Assembly (NCBI GenBank): GCA_022837245.1
Contig: JALHHX010000004.1
Coordinates: forward strand, 1 to 51,910
Origin: Lentisphaerota bacterium
GTDB lineage: Bacteria > Verrucomicrobiota > Kiritimatiellia > RFP12 > UBA3636
Reading direction: 5' to 3'
DNA: 51,910 nucleotides
The first letter of the stretch is position 1; each line of letters opens with the position of its first letter. Below, piece after piece: positions 1 to 8,190 of the stretch. The notes beneath the pieces were generated by a model. It made no database searches, was not told the origin of the DNA, and saw nothing but the letters and a program-made list of their open reading frames with translations. The translations under genes were made by a program, and so were the position numbers.

Positions 1-149
1 GTGGCTGTGTTGGAACCCTGCCACCGTACCTTTCGGCATGACTAAATGTTTTTTTTAGGGGTTTGTACGCACCGTGTGCCGCAGGCATATAACACCATGG
101 CAAAGGCAGACCGCTGGTTATGACTCTCTGCTGTTCAAACAATAAGCCG

Positions 150-1305
150 AGGGGAAAATGGGGAAAGTCCGGGTTACACGCTTATCCCGATTTTTTCTGA
201 TGCCCTGATTTCGGAACGTTCGGACGTCACCGGCCTCGGGGCTTCTCTTCCGCCTGGAGCCGTGAAGTAAGATGGCGGTCTCCGCCATGTTCTGCTAGAA
301 TCAGCAGTGTAAAAAACAGGAAAGAAACAGGAACGGAGACCGCCATGTCCGATAATATACTAAAAAACGCTTGCCGTCACCTGCGGAGATTTCCTCTCGG
401 AGGTCTACGGAAAGACGAGCCGCCCCCGGTGGACCGCGCTGACGACGATCTTCAACGGGGTGCTGACGAACCAGTCGACGCTCGTGAAGGACATCTCGGG
501 GCACCTCCGGGGGAACTCCTCCGCGGCCGAGGGCAAGCGGACGCAGGAACGCGTGTCGGGCTGGCTGGGGAACTACGATTTCACGGCGGATGCCGGGCGG
601 TTCCTCCTGTCGGGGATTCCAGTGGACGCGGGAGACGGGCAGACGTACGCCCTCGACTTCCCGGACATCAGCAAGGAGTTCGGCGGGCGGGGCATGGACG
701 GCATGGCGATGGGCTGGGACGGGAGCCGCGGCGTCACGGCCATGGGGCACGACTTCGTCGACGTGTCGCTCGTCGGCGCGGCGTTCCGCCGGCTTGAGAA
801 CATCTTCACGCTGTGCATCCTCGCCTACGTGTTCGCGACGCGGTTCCTCCGCGAGGCGAAGGGGTTCAGGAGAATCCTGAAGTGCCTCTCCGACAACCTC
901 GAGGCGGTCTCGGCCCGGACGCACGCGCTTCTCGCCGGCATCCGCGTACTCGTGAAGGAGGAGCGCATCCGGTTCATAGGCGGACGTCCGCCGAAGAGAC
1001 GCGTCGCCCCGCCCGTACAGCTGCTGTTCGCGTTCGCCTGAGAGAGTCGGGGAACGTCCAGACCGGCCCAAGACCCTCCGCGACTCCCCTCCGCGGGGAC
1101 GGGAGACGCCGGAGGTGTCCCCTGCGCGCGTCCGGCGGCGCGGAAAACGGCCCCGGGGCGTGGAAAATGAGGCGGAAGAGCGATTCCCGGAGAAAGTCCC
1201 CGGCCATTTCCGCGGCGTCCGGAAATGTTTTTTCGCCAGTATTTAAAGGGGTTCGTCGAAATCCGAGATAAATTATCCCGAAAAACCGGGATAAGCGTGT
1301 TGGGA
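150..1305 (+). mobile_element. Degraded IS element (IS4/IS701-like DDE family, tentative) bounded by imperfect inverted repeats. Termini are approximate.
   Basis: Perfect 14-bp inverted-repeat core ACACGCTTATCCCG at 176-189 versus its reverse complement at 1287-1300. The repeat continues imperfectly inward (R-TTTTT, then GATTTCGRACG at about 207-218 and about 1254-1263). It encloses a transposase-like frame. Confidence 0.5.
345..1041 (+). pseudogene. DDE transposase remnant, frameshifted and internally deleted
   Basis: ATG at 345 reads MSDNIL in frame 3. The frame-1 continuation KTLAVTCGDFLSEVYGKTSRPRWTAL...YALDFPDISKEFG...GWDGSRGVTAMGHDFVDVSLV resembles the N-terminal region and first catalytic Asp of IS4/IS701-type transposases. 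The frames join at the A6 run at 362-367. The central catalytic part is missing, and the sequence jumps to a C-terminal-like RRLENIFTLCILAYVF segment. Total length is only about 230 aa. Confidence 0.5.
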
Positions 1306-1580
1306 AATCTTGCAAAACGGGCGCATCTCTGTTTAGCCACCGACTTTTTCTGCAGCCTTGGTGACGGCATGTGTCTGCGGCACATTGGTTTGCAGAAGGC
1401 GTGGAAAAATTCCTGCAGTATTAAAAAACGTTTTTGGATTGCGACGGCAACCAACGGGCGGCGCCGCTGTGTGGCGCAGTACCCGCCCCGCCACACGCGA
1501 TTATTTAAATCTTGCAAAAACATCCAGATTATATAAACGAGATTTCCAGTGTTTGCTATCCAACACCGTAGTCTGGCACC

Positions 1581-1719
1581 GTGGAGGCGTTCCAACTCTG
1601 CCACTTGAATTTATTGTAATCCCGTGAATTTGTGATTCAAGACTACTGTGGCGGTGTTACCACCCTGCCACGGGCAATTATTGTAATCCCGTGTTTTTTT
1701 CACCGGATTACAATAATTG
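1581..1719. repeat. Two tandem 67-nt-period structured repeat units. Each has a 24-nt box GTGG..G.GTT..A.C.CTGCCAC plus AATT(T)ATTGTAATCCCGTG. The second unit ends in a 19-bp-arm palindrome.
   Basis: Box copies lie at 1581-1604 and 1648-1671. The first 46 nt of the two units are about 80% identical. Palindrome: CAATTATTGTAATCCCGTG (1675-1693), T7 loop (1694-1700), CACCGGATTACAATAATTG (1701-1719), with 18 of 19 positions complementary. A third copy of the 24-nt box lies at 1-24. Confidence 0.7.
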
Positions 1720-1814
1720 TCTACGAATTCCGCGCAATGGTTCCGCGAGGAAAAACGTGATCGGCCCGAGCTGGCAATTATATCACACTGAGCTGATATA
1801 TCTTTTCTAAAAGC

Positions 1815-1841
1815 GGAACGGTTGAAGCTTTCAACCGTTCC
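1815..1841. promoter_or_regulatory. Perfect 12-bp-arm palindrome GGAACGGTTGAA-GCT-TTCAACCGTTCC. Candidate operator or RNA hairpin upstream of the acyl-CoA ligase gene.
   Basis: Read directly from the sequence. It lies about 115 nt upstream of the ATG at 1957. No T-run follows on either strand, so it is not a classical terminator. Confidence 0.4.
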
Positions 1842-1956
1842 AAGATCTTCTCCCAGTTTTCCGGCCAGATTACACTTGCGCAATTCAAACAAATATGCAA
1901 ATATTTTCAAACGAAAGGCGCGACATTTCGTGCGTGCCGCCAATGGATACGATAAA

Positions 1957-3645
1957 ATGTCAACTATAAGAACTCTTCTTTTGGATGCGGCGGCTCAACG
2001 CCCGTCGGCGATTGCCCTCAGGTGGAAGGCTGAGGGCGAATGGCGCACATGGACGTTTGCGGACTACCATTCCAAGGCGCGCAACGTGTCGGAGGCTGCG
2101 GCCTCACTCGGGGTTAAGACCGGAATGCGCGTGGCGCTCATGATGGAAAACCGTCCCGAATGGATCACGACGTATCTTGGGCTCGCGTGCTGCGGGATCG
2201 AGGTGGTGCCGGTTGATATCAATTTGCGCGAGAGGGAAGTGTCGCATATCCTCCGCGATTCCGAGGCCACGGCGCTTTTCGCCTCGGGCAAGGCGTGGCC
2301 GCAGATCCACGCTATCGAGACGGGCGAGCTAAGGCTTGACTCCCTCAGGAACGTCGTGTTGCTCGACGGGGTATTCAAGCAGGAGAGGAAAGACAACGGG
2401 ATATTGCATTCCGACTATGAGTCGCTTCTCGCCTCCACGGAGAAGGCGGCTTTGCGGCCTGACTCTTACTTCGACAGGAACGTGCCTTCCGAGTCGGACA
2501 TCGCCTCCATAATCTACACATCCGGCACCACTGGCCGCTCCAAAGGCGCCATGCTCACGCACGGCAACTTCACCTTCCAGCTCGAATCGGCTCTGCAGTA
2601 TTTCACCGTTTACCAGTGGGACAACTTCCTGCTCGTGTTACCTCTGCACCACGCCTTCGCGTTCACGGCCAACTTCCTCGTGCCCCTCGCCTGCATGTGC
2701 GAGAGCAGCATGGTGGAGAATCTGCGCACCATACCCGAAAACATGAAGGAAGTTTCCCCAACCATTTTGCTGGCCGTGCCGCTCTTGGCGGAGAAGATGC
2801 TGAACTCCATCCAGGCGAAGCTCAAAAAGAACACGGTCGCGAAGCTGATGATCAGCCTCGGAATGAGCAAGATAATCGGCAAAAAAATCGTTGAAAACCT
2901 GGGCGGGCGCCTGCGCATGATCATCTGCGGAGGCGCGGCGTCCGATCCCGGGATGTTGCGGGCCTACAACAAGCTGGGAATTAAGACATTCGAGGGCTAT
3001 GGCCTCACTGAGACATCGCCAATTGCGGCGCTCCCCCCTGAAAACGAGATCCGCTTCGGCACCGTGGGCAAGGCATTGCCCGGCTGCGAGCTTAGCATCA
3101 AAAATCCCGATGAAAACGGCATCGGAGAAGTCCTCGTCAAGGGACCGATCGTCATGAAGGGGTACTTCCACAATGATGCCGCGACGGCCGAGGTTTTTAA
3201 AGACGGATGGTTGCATACAGGCGATCTCGGCAAGCTCGACGCTGATGGCTATCTAACGCTCACGGGCAGGAAGAAGAGCCTTATAGTCAACCGCGAGGGC
3301 AAGAACATTTACCCCGAGGAAGTCGAGCTGGCAATAAAGGAGAGCGAATACATTCTCGAATCCATTGTCATCGGTTTCAAGTTGAACGGTGAAACGGGCG
3401 AGCGCGTCGGAGCCATAGTCGTGCCGAACCTCGACCGGATTGAGGAGGACAGGAAGGCAAAGGGTCAGTCGATGTCGGACGACGACATCATCGCCCTCTG
3501 CAAGAGCGAGGTGCAGCGCACGGTCAAGGCGATTGCCGAGTACAAGCGCCCGCGCCGTATTCAGGTCCGTTTCGAGCCCCTTGAGAAGACGACGACGCAG
3601 AAGGTCAAGCGCTATCTCTACAACCTGGACAACTCAGGCGAGTAA
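1957..3645 (+). CDS. fadD: Long-chain-fatty-acid--CoA ligase (AMP-dependent synthetase/ligase family)
   Basis: AMP-binding signature IIYTSGTTGRSKGAMLTH, then GYGLTETSP and TGDLGKLDADGYLTLTGRKK. I chose the internal ATG at 1957 (MSTIRTLLLDAAAQRP) because the upstream 45 codons are basic and non-homologous-looking. Confidence 0.9.
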   Translation: MSTIRTLLLDAAAQRPSAIALRWKAEGEWRTWTFADYHSKARNVSEAAASLGVKTGMRVALMMENRPEWITTYLGLACCGIEVVPVDINLREREVSHILRDSEATALFASGKAWPQIHAIETGELRLDSLRNVVLLDGVFKQERKDNGILHSDYESLLASTEKAALRPDSYFDRNVPSESDIASIIYTSGTTGRSKGAMLTHGNFTFQLESALQYFTVYQWDNFLLVLPLHHAFAFTANFLVPLACMCESSMVENLRTIPENMKEVSPTILLAVPLLAEKMLNSIQAKLKKNTVAKLMISLGMSKIIGKKIVENLGGRLRMIICGGAASDPGMLRAYNKLGIKTFEGYGLTETSPIAALPPENEIRFGTVGKALPGCELSIKNPDENGIGEVLVKGPIVMKGYFHNDAATAEVFKDGWLHTGDLGKLDADGYLTLTGRKKSLIVNREGKNIYPEEVELAIKESEYILESIVIGFKLNGETGERVGAIVVPNLDRIEEDRKAKGQSMSDDDIIALCKSEVQRTVKAIAEYKRPRRIQVRFEPLEKTTTQKVKRYLYNLDNSGE

Positions 3646-3652
3646 TCATCGC

Positions 3653-3680
3653 GCCACGGCTACGCAATGCAAGCTGTGGC
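3653..3680. terminator. Hairpin between convergent genes (possible bidirectional terminator)
   Basis: GCCACGG (3653-3659) pairs with CTGTGGC (3674-3680) at 6 of 7 positions, with a 14-nt loop. It sits between the stop codons of the ligase and the ABC gene. There is no clear U-tract. Confidence 0.3.
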
Positions 3681-5557
3681 TAGCGGCGGCATAGCGCGGC
3701 ATAGTAGCCGTCTTTGGCGAGGAGGTCTTCGTGGTTTCCGGATTCGAGAATTTCGCCTTTGTGCATAACTAGGATCGTGTCGGCATCGCGGATTGTGGAG
3801 AGCCGGTGGGCGATGACAATGCTTGTGCGTCCGCACATGAGGCGGAGCATGGCCTGCTGGATGTGCATCTCAGTGCGCGTGTCGACGTTTGAAGTGGCTT
3901 CGTCGAGGATGAGGATCGCGGGATCCGAGAGCGCGGCGCGCGCTATTGATAGGAGCTGGCACTGGCCTCGAGAGAGGGCGGTGTCGGCTTGGTTGATCTT
4001 GGTGTCGTAACCTTCCGGCAGGCGGTCTATGAAGAGGTCCGCGTTTGCGAGTTTTGCGGCTGCAATGATTTGCTCGCGTGTGGCATCGGGGTTGCCGAAG
4101 CTGATGTTGTCGGCGACGGTGCCCGTGAACAGGTGGGTATCCTGGAGAACGACGGCCATGTTTTTGCGCAGGTTTTTCTTGGCTATGTCGCGAACATCGA
4201 TGCCGTCGATCGTTATGCGGCCTTCTTGGATTTCGTAGAAACGGGTGAGGAGGCTGACTACGGTGGTTTTCCCTGAGCCCGTTTCGCCGACGAGTGCGAC
4301 TTTGGTGCCTGGCGCGACGTGCAGTGAGAAATTGCGCAGGACTGTGGTTTCGGGGTTGTAGCCGAACGAGACGTTGTCGAAGACAATCTGGCCGCGTGTT
4401 TCGGGGCGGGAGAGGTGGCGTTTGCCGGCGTCTTCCTCCGGGGGCATGTCGAGCATGGTGAAGACGCGCTCCGCGCCGGCGATGGCCGACTGTATCATGT
4501 TAAACTGCATGGCGAGTTCGTTGACCGGGCGCCCGAACTGGCGTGAGTACATCATGAACGAGATGATGACGCCGACGGTGATTTGGCCCTGTATCGCGAG
4601 CCATCCGCCCGCGACGACGACGAGCAGGAACGAAATGTTGTTGATTAGGTTCATGGCCGGGCCCATCATGCCGCCGCGGACTTCGGCCTTGAAACTGACG
4701 CGCCGCAGCTCCTCGGAGATGTAGTCGAATTCCTCGTCTACAATCTCCTCCCGGCAAAACGCCTGGACAACGCGTTGCCCGGTGATCATCTCCTCCGTCA
4801 ACGCATTGAGCTCCCCGACTGCGCGCTGGCGTTTTCGGAAGATTTTGCGCGAGATTTTGGCAATGACGCGCCCAACGATGGCGGACACCGGCAGGGTGAT
4901 GCAGGCGACGAGCGTCATACGCCAGCTTATGATCACCATGAAACAAAACGTACCGACGAGAGAGATTATGGTGCCGGCGAAGTTGAGCACGCCCGGGCCG
5001 AGCGTGTTGGCGACCATGTCGGTGTCGTTCGTTAGGCGGCTCATGAATTCGCCGTGCGTGATAGTGTCGAAGCGTTTGATCGGGAGCGACTGGACGTGGT
5101 GGAAGAGCATCTGGCGCATGTCGCGCACGGAGTGGTTGGAAAGCATCGTGGTCCCGTATCCGAGGAGCACGCCTGCGAACTGCCCTACTATGTTTGCGGC
5201 GAGTCCGACCGCCATGACTCCGGCGAGCTTGCGGAAATCCACAGATTCGCCGGGGCCGAGAGTCATGATGTCGGTCGCGAGTCCGAGGACGCGCGGCCAG
5301 ATGAGGCCGGTGACGGAGCCGACGGCGAGGGGGATCAGGAGCAGCACCATGAAGCGACGGCGGCCTTTGAGGAGGCGGAGCAGGCGCCGCATCGTTGCGA
5401 CGGGGTCCTTCGCGTGTTCGACCATGCCGTAGCGGCCGGCGCGGCTGCCGTAGCCCAGGCGCGAAATGTGGTGCGGCACGTGGCCGGCGGCGCGTGAAGC
5501 AGCATCAACGCGGGATGTGCGCTCTTGGCGGGTTTTTGAGGATTTATCAGGATTCAT
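3680..5557 (-). CDS. ABC exporter, fused permease/ATPase subunit (MdlB-like half of a heterodimer)
   Basis: Six-TM exporter domain followed by Walker A GETGSGKTT, signature LSRGQCQLL and Walker B ILILDEATS. The Gly-rich N-terminal extension before RRLLRLLKG is typical of B subunits. It overlaps the upstream partner by 11 nt. Confidence 0.9.
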   Translation of the reverse strand: MNPDKSSKTRQERTSRVDAASRAAGHVPHHISRLGYGSRAGRYGMVEHAKDPVATMRRLLRLLKGRRRFMVLLLIPLAVGSVTGLIWPRVLGLATDIMTLGPGESVDFRKLAGVMAVGLAANIVGQFAGVLLGYGTTMLSNHSVRDMRQMLFHHVQSLPIKRFDTITHGEFMSRLTNDTDMVANTLGPGVLNFAGTIISLVGTFCFMVIISWRMTLVACITLPVSAIVGRVIAKISRKIFRKRQRAVGELNALTEEMITGQRVVQAFCREEIVDEEFDYISEELRRVSFKAEVRGGMMGPAMNLINNISFLLVVVAGGWLAIQGQITVGVIISFMMYSRQFGRPVNELAMQFNMIQSAIAGAERVFTMLDMPPEEDAGKRHLSRPETRGQIVFDNVSFGYNPETTVLRNFSLHVAPGTKVALVGETGSGKTTVVSLLTRFYEIQEGRITIDGIDVRDIAKKNLRKNMAVVLQDTHLFTGTVADNISFGNPDATREQIIAAAKLANADLFIDRLPEGYDTKINQADTALSRGQCQLLSIARAALSDPAILILDEATSNVDTRTEMHIQQAMLRLMCGRTSIVIAHRLSTIRDADTILVMHKGEILESGNHEDLLAKDGYYAALCRR

Positions 5558-7283
5558 TTTCGTTCAACCCTCTCAGCGAATCCTGCGAATCGCAGATGTC
5601 GCGGTATGCCGCGCTGGTGCGTTTTAATTCCTCGTGCGGGCCTATGCCGGTTATGATGCCGTCCTCGATCAACACGATGCGGTCGGCATCCATGACAGAG
5701 CTGACGCGCTGCGCGATTTTGATGACCGTCATTCCTTCCATTTCGCCGCGGAGCGCACTCTGGATCTTGGCTTCGGTTATGACGTCGACGGCAGAAGTGC
5801 TGTCGTCCAGGATTAGTATTTTCGGTTTTTTGAGTATGGCCCGCGCGATGGAGAGGCGTTGCTTCTGTCCGCCCGACAGCGTGACGCCGCCCTGTGCTAT
5901 TTTCGTCTCGTAGCCGTGAGGGAATTGGTCGATGAATTTCGTGGCGCCGGCGATGCGCGCGGCGTGCTCGACCTCTTCGTCGGTCGCGTTTTCATTTCCC
6001 CAGCGGATGTTTTCCGCGATGTTGCCGAAGAAGAGGCGTGTTTCCTGCATGACGATGCCTATTGAATTGCGCAAGGCATCCAGAGAGTATTTGCGCACGT
6101 CCATGCCTCCCACGAACACCTCCCCTTCTGTGGGGTCGTAAAAGCGCGGGAGAAGGTTCACGAGCGAGGTTTTGCCAGCGCCGGTGGAGCCCATGATGGC
6201 TATGTGCTCCCCGCTTCTTATCGAGAGGGCGATATTGCGGAGCACGGGGTCGCCAGCGGCGGCGGGATATTTGAAGGAGACGTTCCGAAACTCGATCGAG
6301 CCGTCTGGCGGAGGTTCGTCAATGGGGCCGCTGGTGATGGATGGCGCCGTGTCAAACACCTCGTTTATGCGTTGCGAGGAGACCATCGCGCGAGTGAGGT
6401 GCATGATCTGGGTGCTGAGGGTTATGAGCGACATCATGACCTGCGTGGCGTAGTTGATGATGGCGGACACCTCGCCGATTTTGATAAGTCCGCGGTTGAT
6501 GTCGCGCGCGGAGATGAATACGATTGCGATCACGGTCAGGTACTGCACGAACGAGAGCCAGGGGCCGAGGGCGACCATTATCTTGCCGGTTTTGACGCTC
6601 GTCTCGGTCAGGCGCTCGTTGGCCTCATCAAAGCGCTCTCGTTCGTGCGGCTCGCTCGCGAACGCCTTGACCACGCGTATGCCAGTGAGGTTTTCCTGCA
6701 TCACGATGTTGACGTCGTCGAGCCGCGTCTGGATCTGCTTGTAGAGTGGACGTGTTATCTTAATCCGCCAGACTACTATAGCGGATAGCACCGGTGCGGC
6801 TGCCAGCAGCGGGATCGAAATGCCGGGGTTTGTGACCATCACCAGGTAAATGCTTCCCAGCAGGACAATCGGGGTGCGGAAGAGCATCCGCGTGATCATG
6901 ATCAGGCCATGCTGCAGTATGGTGATGTCGCGGGTGAGTCGCGTCACGAGCGAGCCCGTGGTGAATTTGTCGGTCTCTGCGAACGACAGGCGCTGGATAT
7001 GGCGGAAGAGGCTGCGCCGCATGTCGTTGCCGAACGAAAGCGCGGCGCGGCTCGAGCAGACGGAGCTTGCGAAACCGGCGAACAGGCCGATGATCGCGAA
7101 GATCAGCATCCGGACTCCGTAGTGGCGGATGGCGTCCTGATTGCTGAGCGTGACGCCCTCGTCCACGATCTGGCTCATGAGCTTGGGCTGCATCAAGTCC
7201 ATGGAGATTTCCAAGACCATGAGCGCCGAGGACAGGAGAAGCCAGAATAGTTGTGGTTTTAGAAACTTCAGTAGGCGGCGCAT
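5547..7283 (-). CDS. ABC exporter, fused permease/ATPase subunit (MdlA-like half)
   Basis: Walker A GSTGAGKTS, signature LSGGQKQRL and Walker B ILILDDSTS, with an N-terminal TM exporter domain. Confidence 0.9.
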   Translation of the reverse strand: MRRLLKFLKPQLFWLLLSSALMVLEISMDLMQPKLMSQIVDEGVTLSNQDAIRHYGVRMLIFAIIGLFAGFASSVCSSRAALSFGNDMRRSLFRHIQRLSFAETDKFTTGSLVTRLTRDITILQHGLIMITRMLFRTPIVLLGSIYLVMVTNPGISIPLLAAAPVLSAIVVWRIKITRPLYKQIQTRLDDVNIVMQENLTGIRVVKAFASEPHERERFDEANERLTETSVKTGKIMVALGPWLSFVQYLTVIAIVFISARDINRGLIKIGEVSAIINYATQVMMSLITLSTQIMHLTRAMVSSQRINEVFDTAPSITSGPIDEPPPDGSIEFRNVSFKYPAAAGDPVLRNIALSIRSGEHIAIMGSTGAGKTSLVNLLPRFYDPTEGEVFVGGMDVRKYSLDALRNSIGIVMQETRLFFGNIAENIRWGNENATDEEVEHAARIAGATKFIDQFPHGYETKIAQGGVTLSGGQKQRLSIARAILKKPKILILDDSTSAVDVITEAKIQSALRGEMEGMTVIKIAQRVSSVMDADRIVLIEDGIITGIGPHEELKRTSAAYRDICDSQDSLRGLNENES

Positions 7284-7284
7284 G

Positions 7285-8022
7285 TCACTTCAGAAGCGTG
7301 CCGCTCCAGTTTAGTTTGCGGCGCAGGGTTTCGAACGGGGAACGATCCGGAAGCATCACGAGGCGCACCTTTCGCTTGGCGTCCGAGATCCTCACGGTGT
7401 CGCCCACGGATAGCGTGGCGCCGAGCTGTCCGTCGATTGAGAAGTTGAGTGGGGAATACGCACGCGAGACCCGCAGGACGATTTCGGACACGATCGGCCC
7501 GCCCGCCGAGAGTGAATACGCAGTGCTCCCTGTGGGAGTCGCCACTATGAGGCCGTCGCAGAAGAACGCTGTCACGTCCTCGCCATCGACGCACAGATCC
7601 AGACCTGCGGTGCGCCCGGCGTCCGGGCGCGAGACAACGGCTTCGTTCAGCGCGTAAGCCGGTGGCACCAGTGGTTCGCCCGTCTGGTTGAAAGCCTCCG
7701 CCTTCAGCATGCGGCGATCGCTGATTATATAGGTCTCGTCCACAAGATGGCGCAGAACGGCGTCAAGCTCGTCAAGGCCGGCACAGGTGAGATAGCCGAG
7801 CGAACCGATGTTTATGTTGACGAGCGGGACGCGGCTGCCGCCGACTGAATGCACGGCACGCAACACCGAGCCGTCGCCCCCCAGCACCAGGTAAAAGTCA
7901 GGCGTCTCGGCCGAGCTGGCATCCAGGACTTCGATGCCCAGCCTGTCGGCGGCAATCCGCAGCTTGCGCACCGCGGAATCTGTGCCCTCAATCGTCCTGT
8001 TAAGGATTACTCCAAGTTTCAT
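7285..8022 (-). CDS. nadK: NAD(+) kinase
   Basis: GGDGSVLRA motif, NIGSLGYL, and ATPTGSTAYSLSAGGPIV. The ATG at 8022 (MKLGVILN) is preferred over the longer ORF start at 8094. Confidence 0.9.
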   Translation of the reverse strand: MKLGVILNRTIEGTDSAVRKLRIAADRLGIEVLDASSAETPDFYLVLGGDGSVLRAVHSVGGSRVPLVNINIGSLGYLTCAGLDELDAVLRHLVDETYIISDRRMLKAEAFNQTGEPLVPPAYALNEAVVSRPDAGRTAGLDLCVDGEDVTAFFCDGLIVATPTGSTAYSLSAGGPIVSEIVLRVSRAYSPLNFSIDGQLGATLSVGDTVRISDAKRKVRLVMLPDRSPFETLRRKLNWSGTLLK

Positions 8023-8190
8023 TGGCAAAGCATGTGTGGCAACATATAAGGTTTTGGTTCTTTTACTGGGTGGCGATTCTACCAGCTTGCGCAACGAAAC
8101 TCAAGCCTCTTGGACGCCGCACGGTAATCACTGGCCGATTACGGCTCTCCAGAAAAGAATTCTGGACATCCGCAAGTTAAGTTGGATAGA

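Noticed and set aside
153-175. GGGGAAAGTCCGGG resembles the conserved GGAAAGTCCGGGC (CR-I) of bacterial RNase P RNA
   Set aside because: The flanking sequence lacks the other universally conserved RNase P blocks and helices. The same motif recurs at other intergenic sites, so it is a repeat, not rnpB.
301-1604. Minus-strand ORFs of 256 and 259 aa (301-1071 and 825-1604) and several plus-strand ORFs across the IS remnant
   Set aside because: These are Arg/Pro-rich shadow frames of the GC-rich transposase remnant. They have no start context, and they span the inverted repeat and non-coding repeats.
1581-1719. CRISPR mini-array interpretation of the repeated 24-nt box
   Set aside because: There are only two adjacent copies, at about 80% identity. 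The intervening spacers are themselves homologous to each other (both contain ATTGTAATCCCGTG). No cas genes are present in the window.
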